Assembly (NCBI RefSeq): GCF_009914755.1 | Contig: NC_060925.1 | Strand: one strand, 5' to 3' | Source: the human T2T-CHM13v2.0 reference genome, Homo sapiens | DNA: 64,000 nt | In this document: positions 18,681 through 43,236 of the stretch, piece after piece | How the letters are laid out: each line of letters opens with the position of its first letter | Position numbering within the stretch: the stretch's first letter is position 1 | Notes under the pieces: generated by a model | What the model was told of the DNA's origin: nothing | Seen by the model: only the letters and a program-made list of their open reading frames with translations | The model's database searches: none | Program-made: the position numbers and the translations under genes

Positions 18681-18950
18681 AAATTTTGTTATAGAAGCAC
18701 AAACAGACTAAGACACCATCTATAAATTTTATAAGATTCATAGTCTTAATCTGCCCATTTTACAGTTAAGGACACTGAGGTACAGGAAGAATAAACAATC
18801 AAGAGTTGTCCAAGATCACACAACAGAGAGTTGGTGAGTTAGGATTTAAGCCCAGGCAGTTTAGCCCCAGAGATTCTGCTTTTAAAACAAAGTAGGATAT
18901 AGGAGAATCATCATAAAATGAAAGGGGTGAGAAAATGTCTGGACACGTAA

Positions 18951-19271
<321 letters not shown>

Positions 19272-19866
19272 TAGGTATTCTTTATTGAGCACTGCTTGTA
19301 TACTAGCCACTGTGTTAGGTGCTACGGGTGGGGGAGGGATATACAGATGAACAATATTCTGTGCTTGTCTTCAAAGAGCTTATAGTCTAGTTGAAGCATG
19401 GGGAGGGACGTAGTAATGTGTACAAATCAAATCCCAGCAGACTGTGAAACATTCTATTGTAGAACTACACATAAAATGTGGAAACAATGCTAAGGAAAAA
19501 GATTCATTATAGCTGGCTTGAGGGGAGCTTCCTAGAGGTGATGGCTTTGGAAGAAGTGAAGAATTGTAACAGCAGAAAGGAGAAAATTAGGGATCACGTG
19601 AAGAAACAATGTAAGCTTATGTGGATGCATTTGGGGGATGGCAAGTTCTCTGGTTTGGTTAGAATGCATGAGACTTGCATGAGAGAGACGATTTTAGGTA
19701 GAACACCAACCTAACACTAAGTCACACTGAATCAAACAGTGAGATAATGATTTCCTTTCCAGTTTTCATTATGAAGAAAAGTCTCGGCTAGGTGCTTGCT
19801 TGTCTTTCAAACGCTAACACTTGCTGATCTCACTTTTTAACACAGAACACCGGCTCAGATCTGTCA

Positions 19867-20207
<341 letters not shown>

Positions 20208-20550
20208 GAATGAGCAATGGACATGGTCAGAGCCAGGCTTGGCAGGGCTGGCTTCGGCCTCTGGGTACAGGATGAGAGGGGAGACTAGGGGCTAGGGCAG
20301 GAGTGGGGAGACTCAGAGTGAACAGCACAGGGCCAGGGAGGAACCAGGGTAGAACCAACTGAAATAGAAGACTCTAGAAAGGGATGGTTCTAGAGCCCCA
20401 TCAGGCCGTGTCACTACGTGCTACCTGGTAGACCTGGTGTGTACAGATTTCTTTTCCAGAGGCAATCTTTCAGCCTCTGATCCTCTTCCTGGCTCCTAGG
20501 CACCTTTCTGTTATGACTTACTATGAACATTCAATAGGCTGTGACTGGGT

Positions 20551-20556
20551 TTTACT
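20551..20556 (-). terminator. TEX46: Candidate variant poly(A) signal of TEX46 (AGTAAA)
   Basis: AGTAAA on the minus strand ~45 nt after the stop codon; I saw no canonical AATAAA nearby. Confidence 0.5.
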
Positions 20557-20601
20557 GAGGTAAAAGGTAACATCGGCAGAGGCCAGCCCGCCTCGGCCTC
20601 A

Positions 20602-20904
<303 letters not shown>

Positions 20905-21078
20905 TTAAGCTCCCCAGCACCAGGAAAAGGGGAAAGTTGGTTAATAATGATAATCCCTTCCTTGCTTGAACACCTGCTCTGTGCCAGGTGGTTTACAAAC
21001 ATTATCTTAACAGAGTCTCACAACTGCCTGCAAGGGGAGCATCATTGCCTCATTTTGTGGAGACTTGGGACCCAGTAA

Positions 21079-21425
<347 letters not shown>

Positions 21426-21761
21426 TGGGAGGTCACTTTCTCAGCATCATACAGCCTCAAATTCCCGAGTCCTCCACTTGCCTTTGGTTCATAGGAATGC
21501 ATGAGATGGCCCGCTAATCTGCCAGTCACAGTGGACATAAAGCCCTTAGCCTAAATATATCTATCTCCAGAGCCCGTTTTTCCAACATGCCTCTCTGAGC
21601 ATTTTGTCAGGCTCAGTACGATCTCAAACTGCGAAGTCTCAATGGTCTCATGACATGCTTTTATCTCTATGATCCTCATCTCTCCCTCCCCTGGTTAATA
21701 ACACTTATTTTTTTTTTCTTTTTGGATTCAGCTACAAACTAATGGTCTTTAAAAATGTTTA

Positions 21762-22070
<309 letters not shown>

Positions 22071-22289
22071 AGGTTAACTGAAAAAATTCAACATATCAGG
22101 CATGCAAAAAGGTAAATAATACAACAAATACTCATATTCCCATATCAACTTAAGAAATAAAATATCATAAATATAACTAAAGTTCCCTGTAGACTCTCAC
22201 ACCCACAGCATCCTCCTCCCTCCCTGAATATCATCACCTTAACTGTAATCCTGCATTTAAAATTTATTTTTCCATGCATTTCTTTATAA

Positions 22290-22510
22290 AGTAGTTCTCA
22301 ATGGGAGGCATTCTGCCTTCCCCAGGGGACATTTGGCAATATCTGGAAATACTTTGGATTGTCATGAAATGGCAGGTGTGCTACTTGGCATCTCATGGGT
22401 AGGGGCCGGGGTGGCCGCTAAGCTAACAATGCACAGGTGACAGGTGAGCCTCCCACAATGGAGAATTATCTGGCCCAATATGTCAATAGTGCCAAGGTTG
22501 AGGCATCCTG
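22290..22510. mobile_element. MER20 DNA transposon
   Basis: CCCCAGGGGACATTTGGCAATATCTGGA...GAATTATCTGGCCCAATATGTCAATAGTGCCAAGGTTGAG. Confidence 0.8.
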
Positions 22511-22569
22511 CCTTAAAATACTTTCACTGCACATACACATCCATAAATAAGATAGGCTATTGTTTTGCC

Positions 22570-23170
22570 TTTTTTTTTTTTTTTTTTGAGACAGAGTCTC
22601 ACTCTGTCATCCAGGCTGTAGTACAGTGGCATGCTCACTGCAGCCTCAACTTCTCGGGCTCAGGTGATTCTCCCACCTCAGTCTCCTGAGTAGCTGAGAC
22701 TACAGGCACGCACCACCATGCCTGGCTCATTTTTGTATTTTTTTTAGAGATGGGGTTTCCTCATGTTGCCTGGGCTATTCTCAAACTCCTGGCCTCAAGT
22801 GGTCGTTGACCTGCCTCGGCATCCTAAAGTGCAGGGATTATAGCTGTGAGCCACTGCGCCAGGCTGTTTTGCTTTTTATTTTTGTTTTTAGATGGAAGCT
22901 TGCTCTGTTGCCCAGGCTGGAGTGCAGTGGCATGATCTCAGCTCACTGCAACCTCAGTCCCCTGGGTTCAGGTGATTCTCCTGCCTCAGCCTCCTGAGTA
23001 GCTGGTATTACAGGTGTGTGTCACCACACCCAGCTAATTTTTGTATTTTTAGTAGAGACGAGGTGTTACCATGTTGGCCAGGCTGATCTTGAACTCCTGA
23101 CTTCAAGTGATCCACCTGCCTCGGCCTCCCAAAGTGCTGGGATTGCAGGCGTGAGCCACTGCGCCCAGCC
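22570..23170 (-). mobile_element. Two tandem antisense Alus
   Basis: Two consecutive complete Alus (~22570-22863 and ~22870-23170). Confidence 0.88.
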
Positions 23171-23544
23171 TAGCATGTTTTTTAACATTAAATGAAAGAT
23201 GTCATAATCTATGTACATTTCTGCTGTCTTCATTATTCTATTTTAGATACGTATCTATGTTCGTCCATGTTAATTTTTTTTATTTTTTTCACATTAAAGT
23301 AGTTGTTACTCTTGCCAAAGCATGTTGACATCAAACATGAAATAGGAGAGTCTGGGGTGGTCCTGATTTAACAGCTGAGGTGAGGCAACTGAGGCCTCGT
23401 GGAGGGAAGTGATTTACCCAGCACCACCTAAGAGGAAGCTGTAGAGTGGTGGTTTAGACCAGTCTTGGATTCCCCAGTCTTGCCCCATTATTTCGACACC
23501 TACCCTGTTCCCTACCCACCTAATCTAGCTGCAAATATCCCCTA

Positions 23545-23808
<264 letters not shown>

Positions 23809-24239
23809 TCAGGCCCCTCCATGACAAGAGTCACGGCCACCCACTCCTCTGAGTCATAGCCAGCTCCCTCCCCCCACCCAGCTGCCGCATAACAATAATA
23901 ATAACTCCTCCTTTGTCTGAAGCACCCACTATGTGCCAGACTCTTTGACAGGCAGTTTGAAAGCATTATCTCATGATGTCCTCACAATAGCCAGGTGATG
24001 TAGGCCTCCTCATTCATTCACCAGTACTTCTGGGCCTCGCTACTAGCAAAAAAAATGGCCAATACAGAGCCCCTACCATCATAGGGGCAAAGAAAAGTTA
24101 TCCAAACTTAGACATAACTGCTTTCACAGTTATACTAGCCCATCTATTGGTCACCTGATACTTTAGGGGAAGGTAACTTTGTTTAATATAATATGTAATA
24201 TTGATTAGGTTTTGGACTCTGTATAGTTAGACATTAATT

Positions 24240-25172
<933 letters not shown>

Positions 25173-25173
<1 letters not shown>

Positions 25174-25710
25174 CATACATTGCTATAGTAATTCCACTTT
25201 TGGGTATTCCCAAAGAATTGAAAGCAGAGTCTTGAAGAGATATTTGTAGACCAATGTTCACAGCAGCATTATTCACAATAGCCAAAATGTGGAAGTAACC
25301 CAAGTGTCCATCCACAGATGAATGGATAATAAAATGTTATATACACGCAATATTACCAGCCTTAAAAAGGAAGGAAATTCTAACATGTTACAACATAGAT
25401 GAACCTTGAGGACATTAAGCTAAGTGAAATAAGTCAGTCACAAAAAAAAAACAAATACCGTATGATTCCACTTACATGAGCTATCTACAATAGTCAAATT
25501 CATAGAGGCAAAGAGTAGAATGGTGGCTGCCAGGGTCTGGAAGGAGGGGCAAATGTAGTCATTGTTTAATGTGTACAGAATTTTGCAAGATGAAAATAAT
25601 TCTGGAGATTGTTTATGCAACAATGTGAATGCATCTAACACTACTAAACAGTATACTCAAAATGGTTAGGATCATAAATTTTATGTTATGTGTATTTTAT
25701 CACAATAAAA
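25173..25710 (+). mobile_element. Old L1 (L1M-type) 3' fragment
   Basis: CAGCATTATTCACAATAGCCAAAATGTGGAAGTAACCCAAGTGTCCATC...GAACCTTGAGGACATTAAGCTAAGTGAAATAAG...CACAATAAAA. Confidence 0.85.
25476..25477 (-). CDS. TEX46: Putative TEX46 first exon end contributing AT of the start codon
   Basis: CTCAT|GTAAGT donor. Joining it to 23743 gives ATG AGT CTC CAT and a 121-aa ORF, matching the human TEX46 length and N-terminus (MSLHG) as I recall them. Confidence 0.6.
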
Positions 25711-25974
25711 ACATCTGATATGAATTAGTTATTTCTGGGGAAAAAACGGGTAAGTGCCACCACATCTGGCTAATTTTTGTATTTTTAGTAGAGACGGGGT
25801 TTCACCATTGTTGGCCAGGCTGGTCTCCTATTCCTGAACTCAGGTGATCCACCCGCCTCGGCCACCCAAAGTGCTGGGATTACAGGCATGAGCCACCACA
25901 CCCGGCCAGGAATTCTTTATGTAAAAATATCAGTTTTAGTGGCTGTGATATTCCAATATAGAATCATGCCTTGC

Positions 25975-26300
25975 TAGGACCATGCCTCACTGAACGATGG
26001 GATACATTCTGAGAAAAGCGCCATTAGGCAATTTCATTGTTGTGTGAACATCATAGAGCATACTTAACACAAACCTAAATGGTATAGCCTACTACACACC
26101 TAGGCTATATGGTATAGTGTATTGTTAATAGGCTACAAACCTGTATGGCATGTTACTGTACTGAATACTGTAGCAATTCTGTCTAAACATAGAAAAGGTA
26201 GAAAAGGTATGGTAAAAATGTGTTATATAATTTTATGGGAACACTATCTCATATGCAGTCTGTTGTTGATGGAAACATTGTTATGCGGTGTATGATTGTA
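25975..26300. mobile_element. Tigger3-like DNA transposon
   Basis: GGGATACATTCTGAGAAA...GTGAACATCATAGAG...GGTATAGCCTACTACACACCTAGGCTATATGG. Confidence 0.75.
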
Positions 26301-26350
26301 TCAAATTGGTTACCACTTGTTGGGGCTTTTTAAAATTTTTATTGTTTTAG

Positions 26351-26509
<159 letters not shown>

Positions 26510-26879
26510 TAGGTTAGTTCTCCTTTATCGTCATTACGTATAACCTGAGATACACAGTGTTGAAGTTAAATCTGTACACATACTGAATCTTTCCCTAGAA
26601 TGCTTTCCTGAAAGTAGAATTACTTGGTCAAAGGGTATGTATGTTTTTAACATCTAATTTCAAGTTTTATCAAACTATTAAATGTGCAAACAAGTCAGAT
26701 AGAACTACAGGATTTAAAACAAGCTCCAATCCACTGCCTCACCTCTTTCCACCGTCAAGTTCCAAGCCTTAGAGACAACCAATTCCAACTTTTTTAGCTG
26801 TTTCTTCTGTATTTACCTTGATATTTCTAAATAGTATGCTTATATTATTTTTTGATTTCTCAATTTTGACATTATGTAT

Positions 26880-27190
26880 TTTATATATATATATATATAT
26901 ACTTTTTTTGAGACGGAGTCTCGCTCTGTCGCCCAGGCTGGAGTGCAGCGGCGCGATCTCGGCTCACTGCTACCTCCGCCTCCTGGGTTCACGCCATTCT
27001 CCTGCCTCGGCCTCCGAGTAGCTGGGACTACAGGCGCCCGCCACCATGCCCGGCCAGTTTTTTTGTATTTTTAGTAGAGACGGGGTTTCACCGTGTTAGC
27101 CACGACGGTCTTGATCTCCTGACCTCGTGATCTGCCCGCCTCGGCCTCCCAAAGTGCTGGGATTACAGGCATGAGCCACCGCGCCTGGCC
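26880..27190 (-). mobile_element. AluY-like with (TA)n tail
   Basis: CpG-rich; TTCACGCCATTC diagnostic; TSD ACATTATGTATT. Confidence 0.9.
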
Positions 27191-27371
27191 AACATTATGT
27201 ATTATATTTTTATGGTGAAAAATAATTTAGCTCCCAAGCAGCACCTCCCCCAACAACCTCCCTACTTCCCTAAATCCTTAAAACCTTCTCATCTTTCTCC
27301 CCACAAACTTTCTTTTTTCTCCATTCTCTTAATGTAATTCTATCACTTTGGTTAAAACAATATTCACTGCT

Positions 27372-27738
<367 letters not shown>

Positions 27739-28470
27739 TTAATACAGTTCACAGCTGAGCCATATGTTGTACTATGATTATATTTTCTTTCTTTTTCTTT
27801 TCTCTTTTTTTTTAGAAACGCAGTTTCACTATGTTGCTCAGGCTGGACTTGAATGAACTCCTAGGCTCAAGTGATTCTCCCACCTCAGTCTCTCGAGCAG
27901 CTGGTACTACAAGTGCGTGCCACGCCACTCGGATACATTTTCTTTCTTGCATAGCTTTTACTTTTTTTCCTTTCTACATTTGATTGCCTTTTTGTCTGTT
28001 TGCTTAGTTTTTTACAAAAAACAACTTTACTGAAGTACTACAGTTACATAAAACATACCTGTTTTACATGGATAGTTCATAGAGTTTTGACAAATATATA
28101 CACCTATGTAACCATCACCCTAATCAAGATATAAAACATTTCCATCACCCCCAGCAAGTTCTTTCTTGTTCTTTTGCAGTCAACCCCCGACCCCCATCTC
28201 AGGCAAGGGCTGATTGGAGTCTATTACTGGAGATTAGTTTTACCAGTTCTTGAACTTCATGTAAATGGAATAATTTTTTGACAATTTCACTTCGAAGAGA
28301 CAGACTATTAAAAAGACAATTGTTTGTGTAATAAGTACACGCATGCTAAAAGTACACGACCTGTTCCAGTTTTGGGTTAGCAAGGGATTCCTCGAAAAAT
28401 TAAAAGAATAAACCGCTACTATCATTATTAGAAAGAATTAACCTGGAGTAGAAAGAGGTGTTATGTGGAT

Positions 28471-28528
28471 GGGGATGGGGGACATGAAGGATGGGGGACA
28501 TGGGGGATGGGGGACATGGGGGATGGGA
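28471..28528 (+). repeat. G-rich 16-nt tandem repeat (~3.5 copies)
   Basis: GGATGGGGGACATG(AA/GG) at 28473, 28489 and 28505; partial copy at 28521. Confidence 0.85.
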
Positions 28529-28849
28529 GAAGCGCAAGACATGGAGTGCGAATGAGGTTGGGGTCCAGCCAGAAGGAAAAGCATGAACAAAGGCTTGGAG
28601 ACAAGAGCAATTCCGTCTGGACTCAAACCTGGATTTCGTAACTTGTCTCCATTTTACTACCATCGAAACTGCTGTGCTCTCCAAGTTTTTTGCCCAGTCC
28701 AAGCAGGGCAATTATGAATAAGTAAGACGCTCTACCAACATATTTCAGTGTTTTCCCCCATTAGACTGTAAGTTCTTTGAAAGCTAGAACTTCATAATGT
28801 AACCCTTGTTACGTAGTAGGCAAGCATTAATAAATACTGGTTGAATTAA

Positions 28850-29830
<981 letters not shown>

Positions 29831-30980
29831 GTGGGAAGGGGCATCGATGATTGCTGGGAGGGGTATTTTATTCCTTAGGTCTTTCTTGCACACCTTTTCA
29901 TTTTCTTGACTGGAAAATGGCTCCCTGACGTGGGGTTACGGTTGGCGTTCTTGGAGACCTCACTTGTTTGTTCACAGATAGGTCTGGAAGCTGTTGGGCG
30001 ATATTGATGGCGTTTCAGCTGGGTGCACGAGGGGGCTGTAGGTTGATGCTGAAGAAATCGCCTTAGCCGGGGAGATGAAAAGAAAGGGTCGTTTTTGCTT
30101 TTGTTTTTGTTTGAGCAAAACCCTGCTGTGTGGTAGGAGTTCTAGTCTTTTTTTTTTTCTTTTTTAAAATCCTCTCAGCGATCTTTTGGCGCAGAATTTT
30201 GCAGATGAGGAAGCTGCTGATTGAGAGAGCAAATAATAGTCAAAATGCAAATATATGGGAAGAAAAGATTTGACTCCAAACAGTATATACAGACAGTGAC
30301 TGCCTCAAATGTCTGTGTCCTAGATGCTATATTCAGCGTGTCACCAACATTACTTTTTTTTGTTGTTGTTAAATATCAACGGGCAGGTATTGCTAGCCCT
30401 ATTTTAGGAATGAGTAAACTGAGGCACACAATTTAAGCAACTTGCCTAAAGTCACAAAGCTAAATAAGTGATGGAAGTGGAATGTAATTCCCACATTCAT
30501 GTTGTTACAGGGTATCATCAGCCCTTGAAACAAAGGACCACATGGGACACTGTGTGCAGGGCACTGGGGCAGTATTAGGGCGCAGACTTTAGACTTGGGC
30601 CTTTTCTGGAGATTTAATGGTCGGTCTAGTTGGAAAAAACAACCTGGATATATATGTGCGTGTAGTCAACATTTAAATAAAAATTTGCAGATTATATAAT
30701 TTATGCCTGAAAAAATTGTCTACATAATTTTTAAGTGGGAATACCAAGTCAGTGTGTATGGGGAGCTTCTTGAGATGAGTATTACCCAGTCTGAGAGCTC
30801 TCATATTTATCTGCCTACTTGAGCCAACTCTCTAAAGTATAACCAGTGCTGGATGAAAGACCGTTTTGGAGGCAAGACTTTCTGGAGCTTTTACCAAAGC
30901 ATGGGTTAGAAAAGCACAGAGGTTGGTGACACCAGCCCTCAGAAATGAAATAAAGGGCAGAAGTCAAGAGTGTTATTTTA

Positions 30981-31340
<360 letters not shown>

Positions 31341-31344
31341 ACAG

Positions 31345-33460
<2,116 letters not shown>

Positions 33461-33524
33461 TTTACTGTTATTTTTTAAGCTATCTCCTACAAGAAAGATT
33501 TCTTTTTTTAGCTAACTGATTAAT

Positions 33525-33812
33525 TTTTTGGAGGCAGGTTCTCACTCTGTCACCCATGCTGGAGTGCAGTGGCTCAATCATAGCTCACTGCAGCCTCAAC
33601 CTCCCAGGCTCAAGTGATGCTCTTATCTCAGCCTCCTGAGTAGCTGGGACTACAGCTGTACACAACCATGCCTGGCTAATTTTTTATTTTTTGTAGAAAT
33701 GGCTTCTCCCTGTGTTGCCCCAGCTGGCCTCGAACTTCTGGGCTCAATCATTCCTCCTGCCTCAGCCTCCCAAAGGGCTGAGATTACAGACATGAGCCAC
33801 CTCACCCAACCA
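33525..33812 (-). mobile_element. AluJ-like
   Basis: Antisense Alu. Confidence 0.85.
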
Positions 33813-34750
33813 AGATTTTTTTCTTTGTAATTCTCCTGTGTTTATTTTAACTCATCTTACTTACCCTGTTTTTTAATCCCCCATTGTAATTAGCTCTTAA
33901 ACTTTCAGGAAAAAAATTAGTTATGTGTTTGTTTGGGGCAGCAACTACTAGGAAGCTAGCAACTATCCAGTCTTGGGATCCAGAGGAAACAGACTTTAGA
34001 GGATAGAGTATCCATTTAAGGAATAAAAAGCAAGCTGAGGCCAGTATAGATAGGCCATGCTTCAGTAGTTCTTCAGTGTATGCAAGGAAAAAAGTGCATG
34101 TATTTTATGACTTGGGAGCTTATCCAGTTTTGAGGACTGTACTTTAACAAAATTATATCATTACATAATTAAAATTATGTTTAGGGTATTGGAAGGAGTT
34201 CATGTAATTGAGTGTCCCTGAAGCTTCAGTTTCATTAGTTTCAGAATAAATTCACTTTTGGGCATGTGTATGCTAAAATTATGGCAAAATATTTAAGGTT
34301 TTAAATTGGTAAATTGGGTTGGAACTTCACGAACACCATACTCCTTTAGGAATGGTGGCCTTGAGCTAGGCCATGAAATGGCAGAATTTAGAAAAGTGTT
34401 CTGGAAAAGGGTGGACTTTTTGGAGTTTAAGTATTTCATCTTCCTCTGATTCATTTTCCTCAGGTAAATAAGCCCTACCTTGTAAAGTTTAGATATAATA
34501 TAAACAAAATGCTTATTGCAGTGTTTGGCGTATAATTAGTAGGTGACCAGTAATTAAGATACTACCAGTGGAGAAAAGGAAGTGGTTTGAGAAGCATCAG
34601 GGAATCCAGAGTGGACAACTGAATGTTGAGAACAATGGACAAATGAATTTAATTAGAAACAGGAATCATCTAGGAACAAGATAGATTGAAGGGACCAGTA
34701 GCGTTGGGGTTGTAGAGTTGTGTCCAGGTTGTAGTGAGCATTAGATTCTT

Positions 34751-34931
34751 GCTGTCCAATATGGTAGCCTGTAGCCACATGTGGCTATTAAGTTTAAATT
34801 GAAATTAAAAACAGTTTCTTCAGTCACATTAGCTACATTATAAGTGCTCAATATAGCACATGTTGAAGCCACAGAATTGGAAGCACAGATAGAGAAGTTT
34901 TCCATTATGACAAAAAGTTCTATCAGACAGC
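34751..34931. mobile_element. MER3-like hAT MITE
   Basis: Terminal inverted repeats GCTGTCCAATA...TATCAGACAGC; internal palindrome TAGCCACATGTGGCTA. Confidence 0.75.
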
Positions 34932-34992
34932 CTTGAACTAGATTATGAAGTGCAGACCATAAGTGCTGTGAGACTTCAGAGAAGATGAAAGA

Positions 34993-37993
<3,001 letters not shown>

Positions 37994-39243
37994 TTCTCAG
38001 TACCTTTAATGTGAATTATGACTTTCCTAGAGGGGGCCTGTAAAGATAGCAGTTTCCCAGACTTGATATTGGATACTTTACTCCTTCAAAGGGCATAGTA
38101 TCCAATGGAACATCCTTTGGGAAAAACTGAACTACAATAGAAAAGATTTTGTATTAGTCTTTGTTTTTGTCTCAAAATTTGCACATTGTCCAGTTCCATA
38201 TTAGGTACTTAAGTCATTATTGAATGAATAGGATTGATGGGGCAGAGGATCAAAGGACTGAATCTTTGGGGAAGAGTCAAGCACTATTGAGGGGTAAAAG
38301 GAGAAAGAAAACTGCATACTATAAAAGTTTATGGTCTATTCTGACTTCTCTCCCCCTTTGAAACTTTTTTTTTTCTCCTTGCTGCATTTTCATCCATTAT
38401 CCTGAGACCTATTTCCACAGTTTATCTCAGTCAGTTAGGATAAAGTTTAGTATAATATCATCTACATTTCTGGAGTCTTATTGCAAAGACCCTGTATGAG
38501 ATGGTCACCTGATCAGGATCATTTAATTGCAACTAGATTTTCAGCTTTTTAGGGGCAGGGACACAGTCATAATTGTTTTCTCCATTGTACCACGTACTCA
38601 GTGTTCAGTATTTGAGTAGGTGAATACAATTATTCATGTATTAAATAAGATTCTTAGAGCATGGGTCAGAACTAGTCAGTTCATTCTTCTTAATTTGTGT
38701 TTCCATTTTCTAACCCAATCCCTGTTTTCAGTAACACTCTTGTACTTCCAGCAACCAGTCCCCCGCCCCCAAATCCTGTGGTCCTATCATTTAAAAAAAA
38801 GAGCAAAAAGACAGTATAAAAACAGCTGGCCATCTAAAGCTATATCAAAGACATTTAGCAAGTTAAAATGTATTACATTCACTATAATCCACAGGACTAT
38901 TCATCTTGGAAATGTAAAACATTAGATATTTGTGGAAACCATGTTGTCTTTGCTTTTTTTCCACATCTAATAAATTATCTTTTCATGGAATTAATAATAA
39001 TTAGAATTTTTTAATTGATTCCATAATAATTAGCTGTAGTTTCTTTTATTAGGAAGTCACAATGATGATTTGAGAATGTTCCAATTTTGAAGACTATCTG
39101 TAATACCGTATTACACATTTTGGCTAACCAATCCATAATAATCTTCCCTGTCTTACACTCCTTTACCCTCAATGACACATTCACTAAGACTGCTTCCTCT
39201 TTTTGCTAATGACATACCTCCCTCTCCTTTATAGCCAGTGTGA

Positions 39244-39603
<360 letters not shown>

Positions 39604-40132
39604 TCTCCTAAGTGAATTTTTAAAGCAAATGCACCTTTTCATAGTTTCAGTTTGACTGTTGTTATTTTCCACTCCATGCCCTCCATTTGGTTTTTGGAAT
39701 TTTTTTGCTATTTTCCCCTGGAGTAGTAGTTAGAAGCACAGACTTGGCTTTAGACAGACTTGGTATTCTAGTTAACTATATTTTTGTCTGAGGGTCATTT
39801 TATTCTTTTGTTGGAAATTCCAGTATGTGAGCATGATACACACAATTAAAAAGGTTTTTGAGGAGTTGTAGAGAGCCTTAGAGTCAATGATTTGAATGTC
39901 AGTGCTATGATGTAAAACTTACAGATTAGTTTGAACCTGAACTGACACAAGATTGTTTCATGAGGGCTTTGTTTTTAATAACTACCTATTATGAGCTGCC
40001 TTGTTCCTTGTTGTATGCTTACTTCCCTTAAAATATGAGGTTAACAATTTACATTGACTGATGGTTCCAAATAGAGTCCCTAATTTTAAATGTTCACTGC
40101 ATTTAGCTTTCCCTGGTATGATCTCCATATAG

Positions 40133-40306
<174 letters not shown>

Positions 40307-42574
40307 TAGTATCCAACCACAGTTCTGTTTTATCTTAGAAATAAGAATGAATGGATTTATTTCCATTTTGCAATATTATTTATGTCTTTATCTTTGGTTT
40401 ATAATAAAGTCTGATATTGAGTCTCCTGCCATGTGTGTCTTTGTGTGTGTGTATACATATACATGTATATGTGTGTATGTATACACATAGATACGTACAT
40501 ACTGGTACTGATACTCTTTTTGTGTGTCTGTACATATACAGGAGGAAAGTAAAGGGTGGGAATGGAAGGACAGTGGCAATATAAGGTGGTTGGAAAGTAG
40601 GAGAAAATAAATGATTAGAAAAAACATACAGAAAGCCATATCCAAAGCACCAGACCTCTCAATGACAGTTCTGATTCAGAAATTGTTCTGGCTAAATGAT
40701 GTGTTTACCACGTAGTTAGATACTTTCTGATAAAACTTCCACGGTGTGGATCGGTTTTGAGAAGTGCCTTTTCCTGGTGAACAAATGTAAAAATATATAT
40801 AGGCCAGAAAATCTAGAAAGATTATGGGAGTCTATAGTTTTGGTTTCAGAGCTTCAAACAGCTTTAAAGAATTCTCACTAACATCCCCTCAATGCTGAGT
40901 ACTAGCTTTCTGAGGATGGCTGGACCAATCAGGGATATCTGCCTTTCTGTTTTGGAGAGACCAAGCAAAAGCAGTATTTTAATGAATTTTTGTATCTTGT
41001 GCCCTTAATGACATTTTATTTACTCTTTTTGACTTTGAATTTTTACTAAGTTCCTCTTCTTGAAATAATTTTTATGTTTCGAATAGCTTCAGACCCACAC
41101 ACCTCTCTGGTTCTTTTAGTCCTGTACCTTTTAAAAACAAAATGGTGGTTTCAGACCCCATCTGCTATATCTTGCATGACTTTCGTAGGTACCCAGATTA
41201 AGACATACTTCATTTGAGATGTTTTATCTTTTGTTTTAGCCTTTTTTTTTTAAGGGTTTTCTCCCCTATGGTGTTACTGTGAATTACCAGAAGCAGTACT
41301 GATGCTTCACTTTAGGGCATTACCAGTCAAGTGTTAACTTAGGTTTGGAGCTTATCAAAGTCTGGCTAAAACTTAAAAATCAAATTTATAATTTATAGGA
41401 TTGTAATAAAGTGTACTAAAGGAATACAGTTTGAGAACATTCAGAAAAAGATTCTGGTTTCAGTTCATTCAAAAGTCAGGGATTTTCTAAGAAGAGTGGT
41501 TTTCCTAAAACTTTCTTAAAATGATTTCTTGGGCAACTCCTTGTTTGAAGGTTTCTAGTTTCAGTAGTATATTACCTTTGGGGCTAATGTCCCAGGCAAA
41601 TGTAGCTGCCTTTTTACTTTACACCTCTCGTTATTCATTTTTCTTCTTCCTCTTTCTAGTCTTATACATTTAGCTCTCTTCCTTCTGTTCTTACCTCCAA
41701 CCTTTCCCTTCACCCTGTGCTCTTTTCTTCTGTGTTCTTTTTGGTTCTTACCTTTCTTCTACCTTTGCTGTAGACCTGCTAATGAGATACTTGGGGATAA
41801 CCCTTTTAATGTCTGCGGTGGCTCAAGAGTGGGCTGACTTCTTAGTTCAAGGGCTCTAAGTACTACGCATTGATGATCTGATATCTCAGATGCTGCCTCA
41901 CCTTTTTTGTGTGGTTGTGTCTCCAGTAAATAATTGATTTACCATAGGTTCCAAGTTGATAAACGTTTCTTTGAAAATTTTAAACCATGTGTTGGTGTTG
42001 CTGTTTGCTTTTTTCTGAAAGCTTTTTTTTTTTTTTAATTTCATAAACGTCAGGTATTGTTCCCACAAAAAGTAAACGTCTTAGCAAAAGGATTTAGGAT
42101 TTGGGAGCTGTCTTTATTGTGTTGTAGTTAATTATAATGCAGTGGTTTAGTTTAAGTTATCTTTGTTTTTGGGGGGACGTTAAAATTTTAAGTTGAGGAT
42201 ATCTTCAATGCTTAGAAATGTGCTGATAACAGCCAGAACTTACTAATATATTATTTGTGGTTATGAAAATAGTGATTCTTCCTTTAAAACAACTTAATGT
42301 TTTTTTTGAAAATTTCTGGGGTGAATTAGGGATGTACTTTCCCTAGAAAAAAGTGTCAACTTACTAGCCTAAACTACTTATGTAGTTTAGCAATAGATTG
42401 GACCCTGATGGTGAATCATAAAATATTATCAGGTGAGTTAAATATTTGGACACTGTGCAGGGTTTCTAAGTCTTTTGTCTTTCACAAGAGTTTTTAGTCA
42501 AAAATTGAACGGAAGCATTGCTATATGACTATATTAAAAGCTTGAGAGAAGATATAGGTTTGTTTCGTTTTGAT

Positions 42575-43236
<662 letters not shown>

